Under the pieces are notes generated by a model that saw only the letters and a list, made by a program, of their open reading frames with translations, had not been told where the DNA came from and did no database searches. Of a DNA stretch of 51,229 nt, positions 29,564-38,601 are shown piece after piece. How positions within the stretch are numbered: position 1 is the stretch's first letter; each line of letters starts with the position of its first letter. A program made the translations under genes and the position numbers. Location: contig JACRCW010000021.1 of assembly GCA_016218805.1 (NCBI GenBank), positions 1 through 51,229 of the forward strand, given 5' to 3'. The stretch comes from Deltaproteobacteria bacterium (GTDB lineage Bacteria; Myxococcota; JACRCW01).

Positions 29564-29600
29564 CGCGTTCCGGTCCCGCGCACACCGCGGGCGGAACGCG
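29564..29600. terminator. Hairpin between convergent genes
   Basis: CGCGTTCCG..CCCGCG-caca-CGCGGG-CGGAACGCG inverted repeat. Confidence 0.5.
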
Positions 29601-29603
29601 CGG

Positions 29604-31034
29604 TCAATAGACCACCGCAAAGTGATTGACGCCCACAAACAGCGCCAGCAACGCCACGACGACGAGCGCCAGCGCCCGCTGAACGCGTGACCCGGGCGGC
29701 AGCGCCTCTCCCAGCGTGGCCGTGTACGCAAGACCGTAAACCACGGTGAAAACCGCCGGAATGATGTACTTGGCCTTCAATGGCTGCCAATCCCACTTGG
29801 GCGTATTCAGCGCAAAAGCCAGCTGCGCCACGACGAGAACAACCCCGAAAACCAGCAGCACCAGGCCCAGTCCTTCCAAGACGGTCATTCGCCTTCTGAA
29901 CACCGTGACCACAAACAGCAACCAGCCGCCCACCAGGAACCAGCGCAGGTTCCCCAGGTAGAAGTCCCCAATGGACCGTACCCTCGGCGGCGACGCGTTG
30001 CGGCCCTCCGGGTCGGGCGGATAGCCCATGGACGGATCGCGCCGCCACAACTGGAACCAGAAGCTGCCGTACCAGTTGTCGTTGATGGAATCATGCCGGC
30101 CCCGCAGGTCTGGCACGTTGACGGTGAGCAGGCGCCACAGGACGCCTTCCAGGTCCCGGTCCACCTCGTCGCGGTTGGCGGCCAGCCCCGGTTGCCCAAA
30201 CTTCTCCACGTTGCCCGGGAGGAACGTGCCGGTCTCCGCGTAGTAGTGGACGCCGTAGAACGGCGCGGCGAGCAGCCCCGTCAACGCAAACGAACCCGCC
30301 AACCTCCCGGACGCACGCGCCACCTCACGCAGCGGCCGCTGCGCCACCGCCCAGGACGCAATCAGGCACAACACCGGGACGGCAAGGAACAGGAGGCACG
30401 TGAACTTGGTGTACAGCCCGAGCGCGAGACAGACCCCCAGCCACAGGAAGCGCAGCCGCACACGCGTGGGGCCGTCCTGCGCGCGCGCCACGGGGAAGAA
30501 ACACGCCACGGATGCCTGGAGCACCAGGATGAAACACAGCAATACCGTGCTTTCCATCTCCACGCCCCAGGACAGACCGATCACGATGGGCATGGAGAAG
30601 CTGCCGTACAGCAGCAACAGCCCCGGAAAGCTGCGCAACAAGCCCAGTGACTTCATGACGTGGCGCGCCACCAGGAAGGACGCGAACACGGCGAGGAACG
30701 AGTGGACCTGCGCGGCGCGCGCGGCGCCCAGTCCCGTCAGCATGATGCCGCGGGTCAGCAGGAAGCACAGCGGCGGATGGTAGCTGTAGAACAGTTCATC
30801 CACGGGCGGCAGGTCCAACCCGCGGATGGAGCGCACCATTTCCAGGTAGGGACCGCGGTCAAAACCCGTTGAAATGCCCCACGTGACCAGGGCAACGAAC
30901 AGCTTCCCGAGCACCAGCAGCGCGAGCAGCGCGCGCTCAACCCGAGCGGGAGCGCTGGCCTGCGTGAATGTCACGGAATCAGCCACGGCGCCGGGATGCT
31001 CCTCCCCGGTCCCCTGTGAGCACAAGTTCCGCAC
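29604..31034 (-). CDS. GT-C (ArnT/PMT-like) membrane glycosyltransferase
   Basis: About 10-11 TM; GFD after TM1, YHPPL, LGLYTKFT; start uncertain. Confidence 0.65.
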   Translation of the reverse strand: MRNLCSQGTGEEHPGAVADSVTFTQASAPARVERALLALLVLGKLFVALVTWGISTGFDRGPYLEMVRSIRGLDLPPVDELFYSYHPPLCFLLTRGIMLTGLGAARAAQVHSFLAVFASFLVARHVMKSLGLLRSFPGLLLLYGSFSMPIVIGLSWGVEMESTVLLCFILVLQASVACFFPVARAQDGPTRVRLRFLWLGVCLALGLYTKFTCLLFLAVPVLCLIASWAVAQRPLREVARASGRLAGSFALTGLLAAPFYGVHYYAETGTFLPGNVEKFGQPGLAANRDEVDRDLEGVLWRLLTVNVPDLRGRHDSINDNWYGSFWFQLWRRDPSMGYPPDPEGRNASPPRVRSIGDFYLGNLRWFLVGGWLLFVVTVFRRRMTVLEGLGLVLLVFGVVLVVAQLAFALNTPKWDWQPLKAKYIIPAVFTVVYGLAYTATLGEALPPGSRVQRALALVVVALLALFVGVNHFAVVY

Positions 31035-31230
31035 CGTCTGCCTCCCGCAGACGCCCTGGTGACTCCAAAGTCAAAGTCATCCGGTTGTCCTAGGACGGTC
31101 GCGCGGATCTCCACCGCTGGCCGCTCCACGTCGTCATGTTGGCGCGCCTGCGTCCCGGAGCCATCCGCTTGACCGATGCGCGACCGAACGCCGTCCGACT
31201 AGATTGACACGCACGTCAACGGAGGCGGCA

Positions 31231-32271
31231 ATGCGGAGAGCGGCGATGGCGGTGGGGGTGGCGGCGTGTGCATGCGTGACACAGGTGGAGTCCCCGGCGG
31301 CGGACCCGGTGGGCCTGGCCGCGGAGGGTGACAGCGTGCGCCGCGGTTTGTCCGTGGATGCGCAGCGGGCCCGCGCAGATGGCATCAAAGACGTGGCGCG
31401 GGCGCGCGGCAGCCGCAACCCGCTGTTGTTTGCGGCCATTGCGTACCACGAGAGCGGGCTGGCGCAGTGTTGGTCAGAAGCGACGTGGACGTGCCAGGGA
31501 CCGTGGTCAGACGCATGCGGCGGGCCGGTGCTGGCGGGCGCGGCAGATGGACCGTGCGCCAACGAACAGGGCGGCCTGGGCATGTACCAACTGGATTCTG
31601 GCACGCACGCGCAGACGCTGGGCGCGCACGGTGCGGACGTGCTGTCCCCGGAAGGGAATACCCGCGCCGGCATTGACTTCATCATCCACAAGACGCGTAT
31701 CTGCCCCAACACGCCGCAGTTTGGCGGTGACGACGAGGTGCTGGCGTGGCTTGACCGCGCGGTGCCCGGCAGCGCGGAATACGACGCATTCATGACGGCG
31801 ATGGCGTGGTGTTACAACGGGTGCGCGCCCAGCTACACATCCTGCAACCACCAGGCGGTGAAAGCATCCTATCGCGGTGCCGCCGAACACCTGCTCAGCG
31901 CGTTTGGGACTGCTTACTGGTTTGACGGCGCGGGGACGGCGGAACCACCGCCACCGCCTGCCGGCTGCGGCGCCGTCAGCTACCAGGGGTACTGCAATGG
32001 CACCACGGTGGTGTGGTGCGAGAACAACGAGTTGCGCTCAGCCAATTGTGACGCCCAGGGCCACGTGTGCGGCTGGGAGAGCGACGCCGTGGGGAACAAC
32101 TGCGTGGCCCCGCCGCCACCGCCGGGCTGCGGTGACGTGACCTACCAGGGATACTGCAGTGGTTCGACCCTGACGTGGTGCGAGCAGGACGCGATCCGGA
32201 CGTATGACTGCGCCAGCGCGGGCATGGGCTGCGGGTGGCAGGACGACGCGACGGGGAACAATTGCCGCTGA
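31231..32271 (+). CDS. Lipoprotein with lysozyme/lytic-transglycosylase-like domain and two C-terminal Cys-rich repeats
   Basis: GGAGG RBS; AIAYHESG, GLGMYQL, N..AG, YNG motifs; tandem GCG.V.YQGYC.G.T..WCE...C...G..CGW..DA.GNNC. Confidence 0.75.
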   Translation: MRRAAMAVGVAACACVTQVESPAADPVGLAAEGDSVRRGLSVDAQRARADGIKDVARARGSRNPLLFAAIAYHESGLAQCWSEATWTCQGPWSDACGGPVLAGAADGPCANEQGGLGMYQLDSGTHAQTLGAHGADVLSPEGNTRAGIDFIIHKTRICPNTPQFGGDDEVLAWLDRAVPGSAEYDAFMTAMAWCYNGCAPSYTSCNHQAVKASYRGAAEHLLSAFGTAYWFDGAGTAEPPPPPAGCGAVSYQGYCNGTTVVWCENNELRSANCDAQGHVCGWESDAVGNNCVAPPPPPGCGDVTYQGYCSGSTLTWCEQDAIRTYDCASAGMGCGWQDDATGNNCR

Positions 32272-32333
32272 CACCGCGCAACCCGCGCGAACGAAACAGG
32301 CCAATTGGATAGCGCGGTATTCGTGTCCCGCGG

Positions 32334-32681
32334 TCAGCCGGCGATCTTCCCCCACGGCAGGCCGGTATGGGGTCCCGACTCCGTGAAGCGGTACGTGGCA
32401 ACGCTGGCAGCGTCCAGCCGCGCGCGCAGGCATGACCGGCACGCAAACACCTCAGGCGTCATGGCCACGACCAGGTCCGCGTCGTTGCCGCACACCGAGC
32501 ACCGGGCGATCAAACGGTCGTCCTGCACCAGTTCGCGGCCCTTGATCCAACCCTTTCCCGCCACCCGCACCTCAAACGCGTGGTCCACGTTGCCTCCGCT
32601 GCTGCCATGCGGCTGTGCAGACTGTAGCAGCCTGGGCCCGCGCGCAACCCGCCGGCAGATCCAATCGCGTGTTTTCCCCAT
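32334..32681 (-). CDS. Hypothetical protein with CxxC..CxxC zinc-ribbon
   Basis: CSVC and CRSC; GGGAG upstream of ATG 32681. Confidence 0.45.
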   Translation of the reverse strand: MGKTRDWICRRVARGPRLLQSAQPHGSSGGNVDHAFEVRVAGKGWIKGRELVQDDRLIARCSVCGNDADLVVAMTPEVFACRSCLRARLDAASVATYRFTESGPHTGLPWGKIAG

Positions 32682-32822
32682 CAACTCCCGGACGGATTGA
32701 TCCGCGCGGACTGGTGGGGATTCACGCATCCGCGCATGCCGGGGCCCGGCCGGCCGGGTACATCCATGCTCAACCAAACGGCCGGCGGCCGCACTCTGCG
32801 CTGCCGTCGGCGCGGAGGGACC

Positions 32823-33266
32823 ATGGCAACAGTTCGGACGCCCAGCGACGAGGTTCGCAGCGATATCCAGGAGACTCTGGGGCGGGTGCCAGAGTGGGTC
32901 AACGAGCTTCCGCAGACGGCTCTGCCGCCTTTCTGGAGCCTGATGAAGAACTTCCAGCTCGGCGAGACCAGGATTCCCAACAAGTACAAGGAATTGATCG
33001 GATTGGCGGTCTCCGGCGCAACCCGGTGCCGCTATTGCGCGCTGTTCCACACGGAGGCGGCGCGGCTGAACGGCGCCACGGACGAGGAGATTGCCGAGGC
33101 GAGCCTCATGGGCGGGTTCACCATGATGGCCAGCACGTTCCTCAACGCCCAGCAGGCCGACTACGACTCCTTCAAGCGGGAGACGCTGGACATTGTGGCC
33201 TACGTCAAGGCCCAGGCGGGCAAGACGCCGCAGGCCTCACCGGCCGCGCATGCTGATCGGGTCTGA
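32823..33266 (+). CDS. Carboxymuconolactone decarboxylase/AhpD-like protein
   Basis: GGAGG RBS; IPNKYKELIGLAVS..TRCRYC..FH..AARLNGATDEEIAEA. Confidence 0.85.
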   Translation: MATVRTPSDEVRSDIQETLGRVPEWVNELPQTALPPFWSLMKNFQLGETRIPNKYKELIGLAVSGATRCRYCALFHTEAARLNGATDEEIAEASLMGGFTMMASTFLNAQQADYDSFKRETLDIVAYVKAQAGKTPQASPAAHADRV

Positions 33267-33546
33267 CCCACGGGCGCTGGCGCGCCTGGAGATGGCAGGT
33301 GTGATCGAAAGGCGCGCCGGCGCTTGGTGCACGGCGCCGCGCTGGCAAGGCGCGATGATGCGCGCCGCGTCCGCGCTGTGGGCCGCAGGTGACGAGGGGA
33401 GGGATTTGCGCGTTCCCATTGCGTGGGCGCTGGTGGACATCTTTGGCGCGGGTGTGACGGATGAGGAACTGGTGGAAATGACCGCGGTGCTGCATGGCCT
33501 GGAGTTGCAGCACGTCCCGCGGAGCGCGGCCGGCGCGTTGCGGTGA
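33250..33546 (+). CDS. Hypothetical protein
   Basis: Overlaps the CMD gene end, plausible composition. Confidence 0.45.
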   Translation: MLIGSDPRALARLEMAGVIERRAGAWCTAPRWQGAMMRAASALWAAGDEGRDLRVPIAWALVDIFGAGVTDEELVEMTAVLHGLELQHVPRSAAGALR

Positions 33547-33647
33547 GGCCGCTGGAACCCCGCGCCCGCTACGATCCGCGCATGCAGCGACGGAGAACGC
33601 CGCCGCACGGGTGGACCCGCGGACCGAAGTTTGCCAACGTCCACCGC

Positions 33648-35000
33648 GTGACTAGGCCCACGCCCGCGCCGTCGCCGCGCGTGCTCATCATTGACGACGA
33701 GAAAAACATCCGCACCACGCTGGCGGTGTGCCTGGAGTCCTTGGGTTGCGTGGTGGGCCAGGCATCCAACGGGGCCGAAGCGCTGCAGCAGGTGCAGCGC
33801 GACGTGTTTGACCTTGCGTTCCTGGACCTTCGGCTGGGTGCCGAGGACGGCCTGGCGTTGCTGGGTCCCCTGCTGGCGGAGCGTCCAGGGATGCAGGTGG
33901 TGATCATCACCGCGTATGCAACGGTGGACACGGCGGTGGAAGCGCTGCGCGCGGGCGCGGCGGACTATGTGCAGAAACCCTTCACACCCCCGCAGATTGC
34001 CCACGTGGTACGGCGTCTGCGTGAGCAGCGCGCGCTGCACGCGCGCGTGACGGACCTGGAGACGCAGCTGCGGTCCACGTCGCCGCGCACGGATCTGACC
34101 ACGCATTCTCCCGTCATGCGCGGCGTGCTGGACATGCTGGAGCGCGCGGCGGCGTCCGGCGCGCCGGTGCTGCTGCGCGGCGAGAGCGGCACGGGGAAGA
34201 GCCTGCTGGCGCGCCACGTCCACGCGCTGAGCGCCCGTGCCAACGGGCCGTTCATCACCATCAACTGCCCCACGCTCAGTGAGGACCTGCTGGCCTCAGA
34301 GTTGTTTGGCCACGCGCGCGGCGCGTTCACCGGCGCGGTGAAGGACCAGCCCGGGCGGGTGGAGGCGGCGGACGGCGGCACGCTGTTCCTGGATGAAATT
34401 GGTGAAATTCCTCCGGCGCTGCAGGCCAAGCTGTTGCGGTTTGTCCAGGACCGGGAGTTTGAGCGCGTGGGCGAGAGCCGGCTGCGCCGCGCGGACGTGC
34501 GCGTCATCTCGGCCACCAACCGGAACCTGGAAGCGGACGTGCAGGGCGGCCGGTTTCGCGAGGACCTGCTGTACCGCCTCAACGTGGTGGAGGTGACCGT
34601 TCCGCCGCTGCGGGACCGGCCCGACGATATCCTCCCGCTGGCGCGGGGATTCATCGCGTTCTTTGCAGCAAATACCCGCAACCCGTCGCTGGGGCTGTCC
34701 CCGGAGGCGGAGTCCGCGCTGCGGGCGCACGCGTGGCCGGGGAACATCCGCGAGTTGCGCAACGCGCTGGAGCGTGCGGTGGTGCTGTGCCGCGGCGCAA
34801 CGGTGACGGCGGCGGACCTGCCGCAACGCGTGACCCACGGCAGCCACGCGGCACCGCGGCTGGGCGGGGACGTGACGTTGGAGGAACTGGAGCAGGAGCA
34901 CATCCGGCTGGTGACGGAGCGCGCGGCGTCGCAGGCGGAGGCGGCGCGGATCCTGGGTGTGGATACATCAACGCTGTGGCGGCGCAAGAAGAAACAATGA
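33648..35000 (+). CDS. Sigma54-dependent response regulator (REC-AAA+-HTH, NtrC/AlgB-like)
   Basis: IIDDE, AFLD, GESGTGKS, SELFGH, GAFTGA, LFLDEIGE, WPGNIREL, Fis-type HTH; start uncertain (33543-33648). Confidence 0.92.
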   Translation: MTRPTPAPSPRVLIIDDEKNIRTTLAVCLESLGCVVGQASNGAEALQQVQRDVFDLAFLDLRLGAEDGLALLGPLLAERPGMQVVIITAYATVDTAVEALRAGAADYVQKPFTPPQIAHVVRRLREQRALHARVTDLETQLRSTSPRTDLTTHSPVMRGVLDMLERAAASGAPVLLRGESGTGKSLLARHVHALSARANGPFITINCPTLSEDLLASELFGHARGAFTGAVKDQPGRVEAADGGTLFLDEIGEIPPALQAKLLRFVQDREFERVGESRLRRADVRVISATNRNLEADVQGGRFREDLLYRLNVVEVTVPPLRDRPDDILPLARGFIAFFAANTRNPSLGLSPEAESALRAHAWPGNIRELRNALERAVVLCRGATVTAADLPQRVTHGSHAAPRLGGDVTLEELEQEHIRLVTERAASQAEAARILGVDTSTLWRRKKKQ

Positions 35001-35003
35001 GTT

Positions 35004-36839
35004 TTACGGCTGCGCCACCGTGGCCACAGGCAGCGTGAACCAGAACAGCGCGCCACCGCCTGGGGCGCCCTCCACGGCCATCTTTCCGCCGTGGGCCTGC
35101 ACCACCTCCCGGGCAATGAACAGGCCGAATCCCGCGCCCTGCCGTGCCTGGCCGGGAACCCGGAAGAACTTCTCAAACACGCGCGTGCGGTATTGCGGCT
35201 CCACCCCGGGTCCGGTGTCCTGGACCTCGAAGCGCACCTGGCCGTCCTGGTGATGCGCGCGCAGCGTGATGCTTCCCTCGGGCGGCGTGTAGCGCAGCGC
35301 GTTGCCCACCAGGTTGTCGAACACCAGCGCGATACGATCCTGGTCCACGTTCACGGCCGGCAAACCCACGGGCTCATCCACCGTGAGACGCACGTTGCGG
35401 CTGGTGGCCTCGCCCTCGTGCGCCGTCAGCGCGGCGGCCAACAACTGGGATACCTCCACCGGACGCGTGGACACCGCCAGCGCGCCCCCCTCAATGCGCG
35501 AGAGGTCCAGCAGGTCATCCACCATGGACTGCAAACGCCCGCAATCATGCCGGGCGGCTTCCAGCAGGTCGCGCTGCTTGTCCGTGAGTTCCCCGACCAC
35601 GCCGTCCAGGCACAGGTGGATGGCCATGCGCAGGCTGGTGAGCGGGGTACGGAACTCGTGGGCCACGGTGGCCACCAGGTTGTTCTTCAGTTCGTCAAAG
35701 CGGCGCAGGCGGGTGACGTCCTGCAGCACCAGGGTGACCCCCACCACGTGGCCGTTCTCGTCATGCACCGGGGCCGCGCGCGGGAGCAGGTGCCGCTCCT
35801 GATCCAACGTCGTCACGCGCACCGCGTCCTCCAGGCCGCGGGGAACCCACGCCCCCTTTCCCGCGCGCACGTGGTCCCGCGTGCGCTCCACCGTTTCCCG
35901 CAGGACCGGGGGCAGACCGGCCAGCGGCTGGTCACCGGCCATGCGCACCCGCAGTACCTCCTCTGCCGGGAGGTTGAGGTTCACCAGCCGCCCCTGCGCA
36001 TCAAACGTGAGGACCGGGTCAGGCAGACTGTCAATGGCGGCCTGCGCACTGCGCTGCGCGGCCAGCAGTTCGCCCAGCGTGCTGCTCTGGTAGACCGCCA
36101 GGCGCTGGGCCATGGCATTGAACTCGCGCGTGAGCTCCGCAATCTCATCATTGCCCAGCACCGGCGCACGCGCATTGAAGTCCTGGTTTCCCAGGCTGCG
36201 CGCCGCCTGCGTCACGTCCTGCAGCGGGCGCAGCAGGCGGCCCGTCCAGCGTTCGGTGATGTACAGGCCCAGCACCATGGCGAGCGCCAGCACCCACAAC
36301 AGCGCGGTGCGGACGGCGGCCGCCGCGCGCTGCGCGTCCATGCTCTTGCGCACCACCGCGTCCTGGTTGATGACCAGGATGCGCTGCAGTGCCGTCGTCA
36401 CGCGCTGGAGCGCGGGCCGCGCCTCGCCCAGGTAGGTCTGGTTCCACTCCGGCCCGGGCGTCATCAGCAACAGGCGCTGCGTGGAGGCCGCGTACAGCGT
36501 GGCCGCCGCGCGCAACTCGCGCGTCACCAGGTCTTCACCCGGCTCGGTGATGTTGCCCTCCTGGATGCGCAGCTCGCGCTCCAGCCGCTCCAGGTGGTCC
36601 CGCGCGGCGGGCACGCCCACCGCGGCGCGGCCCAGCAGCGCATCCATCATGGCGCCGTCCACCCGCGCCACCGCGTCCTGCATCTTCTGCACGGCAAGAA
36701 TGGAGCGCTGGTTGTCCTTGAGGATGGCCTCCGCGCGCGTGGCCAGGCTGGAGACGGTGGCGAACGAGAAGATCCCGGTGAACGCGGTGGTGGCCACCAG
36801 CGGGACCAGCGCCAGGCGCAGCTTGGCGCGCAGCTTCAT
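35004..36839 (-). CDS. Sensor histidine kinase (periplasmic helical sensor, HAMP, PAS, HisKA, HATPase; KinB-like architecture)
   Basis: 2 TM, HAMP, AHEFRTPLT, NLVGNALRY, DTGPG, GAGFGL; ATGA overlap with kdpD fragment. Confidence 0.9.
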   Translation of the reverse strand: MKLRAKLRLALVPLVATTAFTGIFSFATVSSLATRAEAILKDNQRSILAVQKMQDAVARVDGAMMDALLGRAAVGVPAARDHLERLERELRIQEGNITEPGEDLVTRELRAAATLYAASTQRLLLMTPGPEWNQTYLGEARPALQRVTTALQRILVINQDAVVRKSMDAQRAAAAVRTALLWVLALAMVLGLYITERWTGRLLRPLQDVTQAARSLGNQDFNARAPVLGNDEIAELTREFNAMAQRLAVYQSSTLGELLAAQRSAQAAIDSLPDPVLTFDAQGRLVNLNLPAEEVLRVRMAGDQPLAGLPPVLRETVERTRDHVRAGKGAWVPRGLEDAVRVTTLDQERHLLPRAAPVHDENGHVVGVTLVLQDVTRLRRFDELKNNLVATVAHEFRTPLTSLRMAIHLCLDGVVGELTDKQRDLLEAARHDCGRLQSMVDDLLDLSRIEGGALAVSTRPVEVSQLLAAALTAHEGEATSRNVRLTVDEPVGLPAVNVDQDRIALVFDNLVGNALRYTPPEGSITLRAHHQDGQVRFEVQDTGPGVEPQYRTRVFEKFFRVPGQARQGAGFGLFIAREVVQAHGGKMAVEGAPGGGALFWFTLPVATVAQP

Positions 36840-37999
36840 GACGACGTCCCGGGGCGCTCGGGTCCGAGCGCGATGATGTGCAAGTCAAAATCCCGCGCGG
36901 CGTCCACCATCCGGTGGACCATGTTGGGGCGCAACACGCGCTTCCACCACGGTGCCTCCGAGCGACCGAGCAGGATGTGCGCCACCTGGTGGGTGGCGGC
37001 AAAGTTGATGAGCGCCGGCACCGGGTCCTGCGCCTGCAGGCGCGTCACCTCGGCGCCCAGCGCACGCGCCTTGTTGACGTTCTCCAGCAGGTGGCGCTGC
37101 GCCTCCGAGTCAATGTTGATGGAACTCTCCGCCGGAGTCTCCACGTAGACCACGTACCAGTCCGTGTTGAGCCGTCCTGCCAGCCGGGACCCCGCAAACA
37201 ACAGCTGCCCCGCGCGGGGCGAGCCGCTGGACAGGCACACCATGATGCGGCCGGCCACCTCGCGGCTGGCCTGGGTGGCCGGTCGCGAGGACAAGGCGGC
37301 GCGGTCCACACGCTGGGCCACCTCGCGCAGGGAGAGCTCGCGCAGCGACGTCAGGTTATCCATCTTGAAGAAGTGTTCCAGCGCCCAGCTGATCTTCTCC
37401 GGTGCGTAGATCTTCCCACTCTTGAGGCGTTCCAGCAGGTCCTCCACGGCCAGGTCCACGTTCACCACCTGGTCCGCCTGCCGCAGGAATGCGTCGGGCA
37501 CCACTTCGCGCACCTTCACACCGGTCACGCGCTCCACCAGGTCATTGAGGCTCTCCAGGTGCTGGATGTTGAGCGCGCCAATCACGTTGATTCCCGCGGC
37601 CAGGATTTCCACCACGTCCTGGTAGCGCTTGCTGTTGTGACACAGGGGGACGTTGGTGTGCGGCAGCTCGTCAATGATGGCCACCTGGGGATGGCGCTGG
37701 ATGATGGCCGCCACATCCATCTCCTCCACCACCACGCCGCGGTATTCAAAGCGGAGACGCGGGACCTGCTCCAGTCCCTCGGTGAGCGCGTGGGTGTCCG
37801 GGCGGCCGTGCGTCTCCACAAACCCCAGCACCACGTCCACGCCGCGCTTCTTGAGTCCGTGCGCTTCCTCCAGCATGCGGAACGTCTTGCCCACGCCGGC
37901 GGCGGGCCCCACGTAGACCTTCAGGCGGCCGCGCTTCTGGCGCTCCACCAGTTCCAGGAAGTCCTCGGCCCGGCTGCGGGTCAACGCGGGTTCCACCAT
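36836..37999 (-). CDS. kdpD: Truncated cytoplasmic KdpD (KdpD N-terminal domain + Usp domain; no TM or kinase)
   Basis: GRLKVYVGPAAGVGKT, ETHGR, IDELPHTN, KRYQDV, NIQHLESLND, LRELSLR, Usp domain. Confidence 0.9.
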   Translation of the reverse strand: MVEPALTRSRAEDFLELVERQKRGRLKVYVGPAAGVGKTFRMLEEAHGLKKRGVDVVLGFVETHGRPDTHALTEGLEQVPRLRFEYRGVVVEEMDVAAIIQRHPQVAIIDELPHTNVPLCHNSKRYQDVVEILAAGINVIGALNIQHLESLNDLVERVTGVKVREVVPDAFLRQADQVVNVDLAVEDLLERLKSGKIYAPEKISWALEHFFKMDNLTSLRELSLREVAQRVDRAALSSRPATQASREVAGRIMVCLSSGSPRAGQLLFAGSRLAGRLNTDWYVVYVETPAESSINIDSEAQRHLLENVNKARALGAEVTRLQAQDPVPALINFAATHQVAHILLGRSEAPWWKRVLRPNMVHRMVDAARDFDLHIIALGPERPGTSS

Positions 38000-38008
38000 G
38001 TCATGGGC

Positions 38009-38590
38009 TCAATGCACCGCACCAAACTGCGTGTCCAGTGCCAGGTTGAGACGCAGCACGTTGACCCGCGGTTCCCCCAGCAGGCCCAGGTCACGGCCCT
38101 CCACCATGGAATCCACCAGCGTGGACACGCGCGCCGGCTCCACGCTGCGCGCCGCGGCCACGCGCACCAGTTGGTAACGCGCCGCCGCCACGCTGATGTG
38201 CGGGTCCAGGCCGCTGCCGGACGCGGAGACCAGGTCCACCGGGATGTGCGTGGCCCCCGCGTGCTGCGCGGAGATGCGCGCGGCATCCGCGGTCACGCGC
38301 TCCCGCAGCCTCTTGGACGTGGGCCCCAGGTTGGATCCACCGGAGGCCAACGCGTCATACCCCGCGCCCGCCGCGGAGGGACGTGACCAGAAGTACCCGG
38401 CGTGCGTGAACGCCTGGCCAATCAGCGCGCTGCCCACCACCCTGCCCCGGTCATCCTTCACCAGGCTGCCGTTGGCCTTGTCCGCGAACAGCACCTGCGC
38501 CAGCGCGGTGACCGCGGAGGGGTACAACAGGCCCGTCAGCAACACGGTGAGACCGGTGACCCGCAGCGACGTCAGCAAGGTGCGCAGCAT
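38009..38590 (-). CDS. kdpC: K+-transporting ATPase subunit C
   Basis: ANGSL, GSALIGQ, YFWSRPSA, SGSGLDPHIS, VNVLRLNLALD. Confidence 0.95.
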   Translation of the reverse strand: MLRTLLTSLRVTGLTVLLTGLLYPSAVTALAQVLFADKANGSLVKDDRGRVVGSALIGQAFTHAGYFWSRPSAAGAGYDALASGGSNLGPTSKRLRERVTADAARISAQHAGATHIPVDLVSASGSGLDPHISVAAARYQLVRVAAARSVEPARVSTLVDSMVEGRDLGLLGEPRVNVLRLNLALDTQFGAVH

Positions 38591-38601
38591 GCTGCCTCCA
38601 C

